Assembly (NCBI GenBank): GCA_001949185.1
Contig: BDGG01000002.1
Location: 753,702-769,268 of the forward strand
Reading direction: 5' to 3'
Length of the DNA: 15,567 nt
Source of the DNA: Ramazzottius varieornatus
Taxonomy: Eukaryota > Animalia > Tardigrada
The first letter of the stretch is position 1; the number at the start of each line of letters is the position of its first letter. The notes under the pieces were generated by a model. The model was not told where the DNA came from. It saw only the letters and a program-made list of their open reading frames with translations, and searched no databases. Shown in pieces: positions 10,767 to 15,567 of the stretch. Both the position numbers and the translations under genes were made by a program.

Positions 10767-11251
10767 TGCTTTTTCGGAGTGAAATTTTCGACCTAAATCT
10801 GAGCATTGGTTAGCGCGACATTAGGTTCTTCACTCCTGCATCCCGAATCGATGCCCGTATCTCTGGACGTTTGTGTTAATGCGTTTGATGCACGATGCCT
10901 CCATAAACCCTTTGGTAGCTTAAGCCGTATTTCGTTTGAAGGGTTCTACTTGTAACAAATGGTGGCGTTGATCGCCAGACGGCTCGCTCCGTGTTACTTG
11001 CATCCGTCAGGGTAGGCTTAGGCTAATGATGAGATGTAAGGGTTCTGCTAGAGTCATGAGAAACGAGATACAATCGGTCTGTAATTTTAACCCAGTCGGC
11101 TCAGCGCTCAAATTCATCCTACAGAAATGTAGTTGGTTGGAGGTGTTAACGGATTCAGCGCAACACCCTACGAGAAGCCATCGATCTCTCAAGTCAGGTT
11201 CAGCGTTGCCTGACATGCCCTGGCTACGATCCTGAAAGAAAAATGATGATG

Positions 11252-11440
11252 AGGAGGCACATGAAGAGACACACGAATTACCAGAACCATCCGGCAAGAA
11301 GACCTCCAACACCTCAAAGGATAAGAAAAGGCAAGGAAGCCCATGAAGAGACACACGAGTCACCGGAGTCCAGCCAAACGATGATCCACGGTCGTCAACT
11401 AAGGCACATCCGGCGAGAAGATCCCTAACACCTCAAAGAT
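11252..11440 (+). repeat. Imperfect direct duplication (about 70-bp unit, second copy interrupted)
   Basis: catgaagagacacacga occurs at 11260-11276 and 11342-11358. catccggc(a/g)agaaga...aacacctcaaag occurs at 11288-11319 and 11407-11438. Confidence 0.85.
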
Positions 11441-12220
11441 TACCCAAGTGCTCGAAACCTGGACCTGATTCTAACACAAGGGACTCGCAAGGGAACACTG
11501 ATAGGGAAGGATCGATATTACGGGGAGTTGTCTCAGTCCGTATGAACACGGAAGTCTCACGAAAACATCCGGCTCTAAACCGCGAAGGAAAGCAACTAAA
11601 GTTCGGAAGGCTGCTAGCATCAGGCCTTGCACGCGAGATCAGCTGTGAAACTGAATCCTGCTGCAAGGCACGAAACCGTACCAGCTGGAACACATACGCC
11701 GCACTGGAACCCGACAGACGACATAAGAGTGGAACGGGAAGCTGCGGGAAGCAGCACTCCGGTAACAGTGGTTGCTCCTTTGCGATTTGAAGTATCAATT
11801 TATTCAAACAGAGCGTCTGCTAGCGAGGAAGCTGGCAGTCGAGGAATTCAGCCAACGAACGACGATACAGTGGTTGACAGCAAGGCTGCAAAGGGGAGCC
11901 AATGACTTCAGTCAACAAGGACTTCCGTCGGTTGTTCACCTTAGATCTGAAGCTTCAGTAGCCTTGAGATACGATGGCGTGAAATCTGGCGTCGCTCCGG
12001 CGTACAAAATGTGAAAGTGAGCAACATTGTGAAGTAGGCCCACTTTAGAAGTCTTGTGGCTAAAGAAACACTCAATCAGCGGTCAGCCTGTGGCTGATAC
12101 CGTTGCCACAAGATTCCCATGTGGGGTCTCTTCACAATCTCGTCCACTTCTACGCTTCGGAGCCCAGAGCAACGGCTGTGTGTAATGGCTCTTGACCGAT
12201 GTCACAGAGGTGAGTTCAGA

Positions 12221-12407
12221 GTGGATCAAACCAATCATTGGTCGAATCATCGGTCAATTTGGTTCGAACTTTGGCCCAGGTTTTATGTGTTGGTTCGACC
12301 GTTAATTGGTTAACTCATGGTAGATTCTGAACCAAAGGCTGAACCAAACAGACCAAAGGTCCAACCAAATAGACCAATTGGGTCGACCAATGCTTGGTCT
12401 AATCCGC
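12221..12407. mobile_element. Foldback/MITE-like element, 187 bp
   Basis: Terminal inverted repeats 12221-12245 and 12383-12407 match at 21/25. The arms continue inward (ggtcaatttggttcgaactttgg vs the reverse complement ggtctatttggttggacctttgg, 20/23) and are built of TTGGT/ACCAA motifs. Confidence 0.75.
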
Positions 12408-12572
12408 AATAGGTAAAAGGAACAACAAAGCAGAGGTCAGACGAAGAACGAAGCAGCTAGCGGCTTGGATAGTAGTGGCGCGAGTGCTCATCATGTAGGT
12501 AACATTCAGGGGGTTCGATCGAAATATCAGATTGTTTCGCGAGGGATGAAAACTCGTAGAACCAAGCCACGA

Positions 12573-14284
12573 TCAGCCACGTACGAGCTTTCCCGTCAAA
12601 GCAGTGCGAGATGTATCTGACTTTCGAAAAAGTAAATGTATCGTGGCTCCTCGAGATCGAGGCCTCGAAAAGGAAACTGGGCGAGTGCTCTCTTCCCATC
12701 TCCCGGTCAGAAGCCGCCTGGCCCGTTGTCGGTACTCTTGGTTCAGTGACAAGAAGATGACGTGGGAAAGATAATGATTCAACCTGCGACTAACTTCGTC
12801 CGGTCCGTCAAAATGTCAGCGTACCGCTTATGCTTAACGAACCTCGCGCCGTACTGCAATGCTTCATGAAATTGGCGAAGTGAGTCACCATACGCGTGTA
12901 GTTGCACCCCGGTCGAGAACCATACCCACACAACCCGCTAAGGGATGTTTTACGCGTATGATGACTTAATTCGCCAAGTTCATGAAGCATTACAGTACGT
13001 CATCACAGGCGTGAAATATCCCTCGAGGTTGATGAAGGTCAAATCCCAGACTGTGGTTCATCGCCTGAAGGCGTTTGATAACGTGCTTCGCAAAGATCGT
13101 ACAGATTTACGACAAGTATATGCTATACGTAACGGGTTCAGAGAATAACCCGAAAGGTTCAGCACTCTCAGCCATAGCTGCAGCGGCAGGTTGGTGAAGA
13201 AAGCCATGGGAATGATGACGATGCAAAGGGGTACGGGTATAAAGCAAACGGCATTCCAGATAGAGGAAACGAACAGTACTCGCGTAAAGGTTACTCGTCG
13301 TTGAGTCTGAGTTAAGCGGTCCTGAACACGGCCAGTGGGTTTCCGGGCCGGCTGGACGGCTGGTGCGTATGGTGATATCGTACTCCCAGTTTCAAGGTGC
13401 TTTACTACCATAGTCAGGAACAGTGCAATGTAAATGCCCACTATCCCAATCACGGGCAAAAATATACCGATAGTCATGTGCACGTGACTGAAAGTTGGCA
13501 TCTGCGCCACTATCCACAGTCGCCAAAAGGTGGCGCTTGACCAAAGAAATTCCCTCGGTAGAGCGCGTGAGGAACCACGTTTAGCCCAGCCCCAATCGCC
13601 CAACAAGCAAGAAGCAAACTTATGCTGACCTTCCTGGAAAGAAAACATTTCTAGCAAGCAGCATTGTTGTTCCGCTGCGACAGCGGAACTAATTCGAATT
13701 CTGTCGCCCATGTTAAGTCTATGGCTGGAGTGTGCCATATCGGAATTAAAGTCTGCATTAAAACACATTGTTTCAGAACAACACTGGCAAGCAGCCAGCA
13801 TTTAATTCAAGAAACCGCGCGGTAAAAATGTCGGCAAAAATATGGCAGTTCTTGCCGTGTTGTGAGATGCTGGTAAATACGATTGGATGTTGCCGAAAAA
13901 AGAGCACGACTGCTAGCATGAAAGCATTCCAATAGCCGGTGAACACGCTTGTGATATAATTAAGCCGCCATGAATGTCCCGCAGTTGACTTCCGAGCCTT
14001 TTCCACTCAGAACATGGAACGTGGATATGTGTTGAGTGGGATTAAAGACGGCACAGAGGACAAACTCTAGGGCCACAAGGTGAAACAGCAGCAGCACGGA
14101 TTTGGACAGTAACGGAGACTGTATCAGCATCACGAGCAGCAGCAACAGGCTGCAAATAGCTCCAAACACAATGACAGGCAGAAAAACGACAAACCAGGTC
14201 TTCAACACAAAGTTCGGGATGCCTGGAGGAAACGGTGGAAAGAGCTTTGTCGTGTTGAGACTGTCGTGCCTTGTGGAAATCCAT
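12573..14284 (-). pseudogene. Class A GPCR pseudogene (locus 4), three coding exons: 14284-13856, 13633-13133, 12761-12573
   Basis: The ATG at 14284 is out of frame with the TM1 frame (NTT...WFVVFLPVIVFGAICSLLLL). TM2 is FHLVALEFVLC. There is a stop/frameshift in TM3 at 13960 and a disrupted NR region. The intron 13855-13634 joins YQHLTTR|KVSISLLLACW (TM4). ECL2 FGQAPPFGDCG is followed by a stop/frameshift at 13510. Then come TM5 IGIFLP, TM6 VCFIP, TM7 SGYSLNP and the last exon VIFLSLNQEYRQRARRLL. Confidence 0.85.
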
Positions 14285-14790
14285 TGTCGGGTTGTGCAGT
14301 AGAACTATCGTATCGAAGCGTCTTGCTCGATCAATCTAATGGGCAAACAACCATCGAAATGCATCGGATCTTTTGCTGTTCATTTGGCGCATGTTGTTTC
14401 CGCAAAAGCTTTCCTGAAAGACGAGCTTGTGGCCCGTTCGCCTAATTTCGTACTGACAACGGAATCGCTGCAGGCTTCTCGCAGCCAAACAAAACGATTC
14501 GTTGCTCATCGTATAAGTAGCAGTACTCGTCCTTCGAAAAGACTTTCAATTTTCGAAAGTCCTTCCATCTGGGCTTCAATTTCCCTTTTGGGTGGCCCCA
14601 GAGTTTCTGAGCAAACTTCCTAGGGATAGAATCTTCTATTTCTGGGAGTTTTCCTGGAGTGGCGAGCTCTGGGCAGGCATCGCACTAGCCAGGAGATACC
14701 ACTGTTGTGAGTAACCTCCAATCAACCGAACCATTGTTGATTTGCTTGCTGTGGTAGTCTGTTGCTGCCTGGGATTCTCCTCATTTCTAG

Positions 14791-15567
14791 ATGATGGATG
14801 TGTCGACGGGACAAGTCGGGAAGAAGCTGACCCTGCGCTATGCTAATCGTTGACGGAAGAAGTAACGAGCTGGATCAGCAGGAGCAAAGCGGATATCGGT
14901 GCCTTCGTTGAAACTATGGCCGATGACAGTGTGACGGACGCGTTGATTGAGGATTTGGAGCTTTTTGATGTTCACAGGAAAGACAGGACAGGTTGCCAGA
15001 AAGAGAACGGAGGAGGCGTCGCTCTCATCTGTAAGAAAGAGCTACAAACCATCAGAGCAGCCGAGTATGAGGTGGAAAGTCTGGAGCTCCTTTGGGTGAA
15101 AGTTATTGGTGTTAGAACGAACCTTCTCGCTAGTGTACTGTATGCCTCGGGCTACGATCTCGATGTCTTCACGAAGCTACGAACGTCGCTGCAGCTGATA
15201 CCACCTCGCCTTCGACGGAACCTAGTTCTTCCTGGGGACTACAGCATCGAAGAAACATCGGTGAAGACAAGACGCACGCGGGAGCTGGTGTCCGTCATTA
15301 AGGAGTTTGCAATATTCCAAAGAGTGAGAGGTGACACGCGACAACGGAAGACGTACTCCTCATGCCTTGACCTGGTTTTCGTCAGTCAATTGAGCCTAGT
15401 ACGCTGTGTCTCCATTGTGCCTCCACCGTCAAGTAAGAATGATCATGCTGGGATACAGTGCTTGGTGAATTTATGGACTTGCAGCTTCCCATCACCTCCG
15501 AGACCAACCTGGTTACTGGTGACGTCACCCAGTTCAGGAAGGACATACGTGTTGTCGACTGGAAACG
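14791..15567 (+). mobile_element. Non-LTR retrotransposon (CR1/L2-like LINE) ORF2 apurinic endonuclease domain, degenerate, runs off the window end
   Basis: LTLRYAN (14827-14847) is followed by a frameshift into a frame open from 14847 to the window end: DIGAFVET, RKDR...GGGVALI, ELLWVKV, LVLPGDYS, DTR...CLDLVFVS, NDHAGI. A second frameshift gives GDVTQFRKDIRVVDW. These are the ordered APE motifs of LINE ORF2. Confidence 0.9.

Noticed and set aside
12762-13132. U12-type AT-AC intron
   Set aside because: It ends in AC, but the 5' end is TTACGT rather than ATATCCT, and I saw no U12 branch consensus.
13058-13801. The 247-aa ORF as an intact gene
   Set aside because: Its N-terminal part is intron plus out-of-frame exon. 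Only about 13513-13133 is in the GPCR frame.
14640-14830. 2A-like (DxExNPGP) peptide upstream of the LINE endonuclease
   Set aside because: I looked because some CR1/L2 elements carry one, and found no NPGP motif.

Overview
This is eukaryotic (animal) genomic DNA with short spliceosomal introns and one 50-N assembly gap. The window holds a cluster of four highly divergent class A (rhodopsin-like) 7TM GPCR loci. Two look intact: 3116-4286 (+, about 358 aa, Moody/Tre1/GPR84/melatonin-receptor-like) and 9647-10766 (+, about 353 aa, orphan). Two are decayed pseudogenes: about 894-1698 (+) and 12573-14284 (-). The three loci where the end of TM3 is clearly readable have NR(F/L/T) instead of DRY. 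Three loci share a phase-0 intron splitting the NP|xxY motif. The spacers contain transposon debris: a foldback MITE, Harbinger-like termini, a possible tRNA-derived SINE and a degraded coding remnant. A CR1/L2-type LINE endonuclease fragment runs off the right end. The receptor style and compact introns suggest a tardigrade-like invertebrate, but this is my inference and was not verified. The best candidate for an undescribed system is a lineage-specific, birth-and-death orphan GPCR family, possibly chemosensory, with rewired activation motifs.
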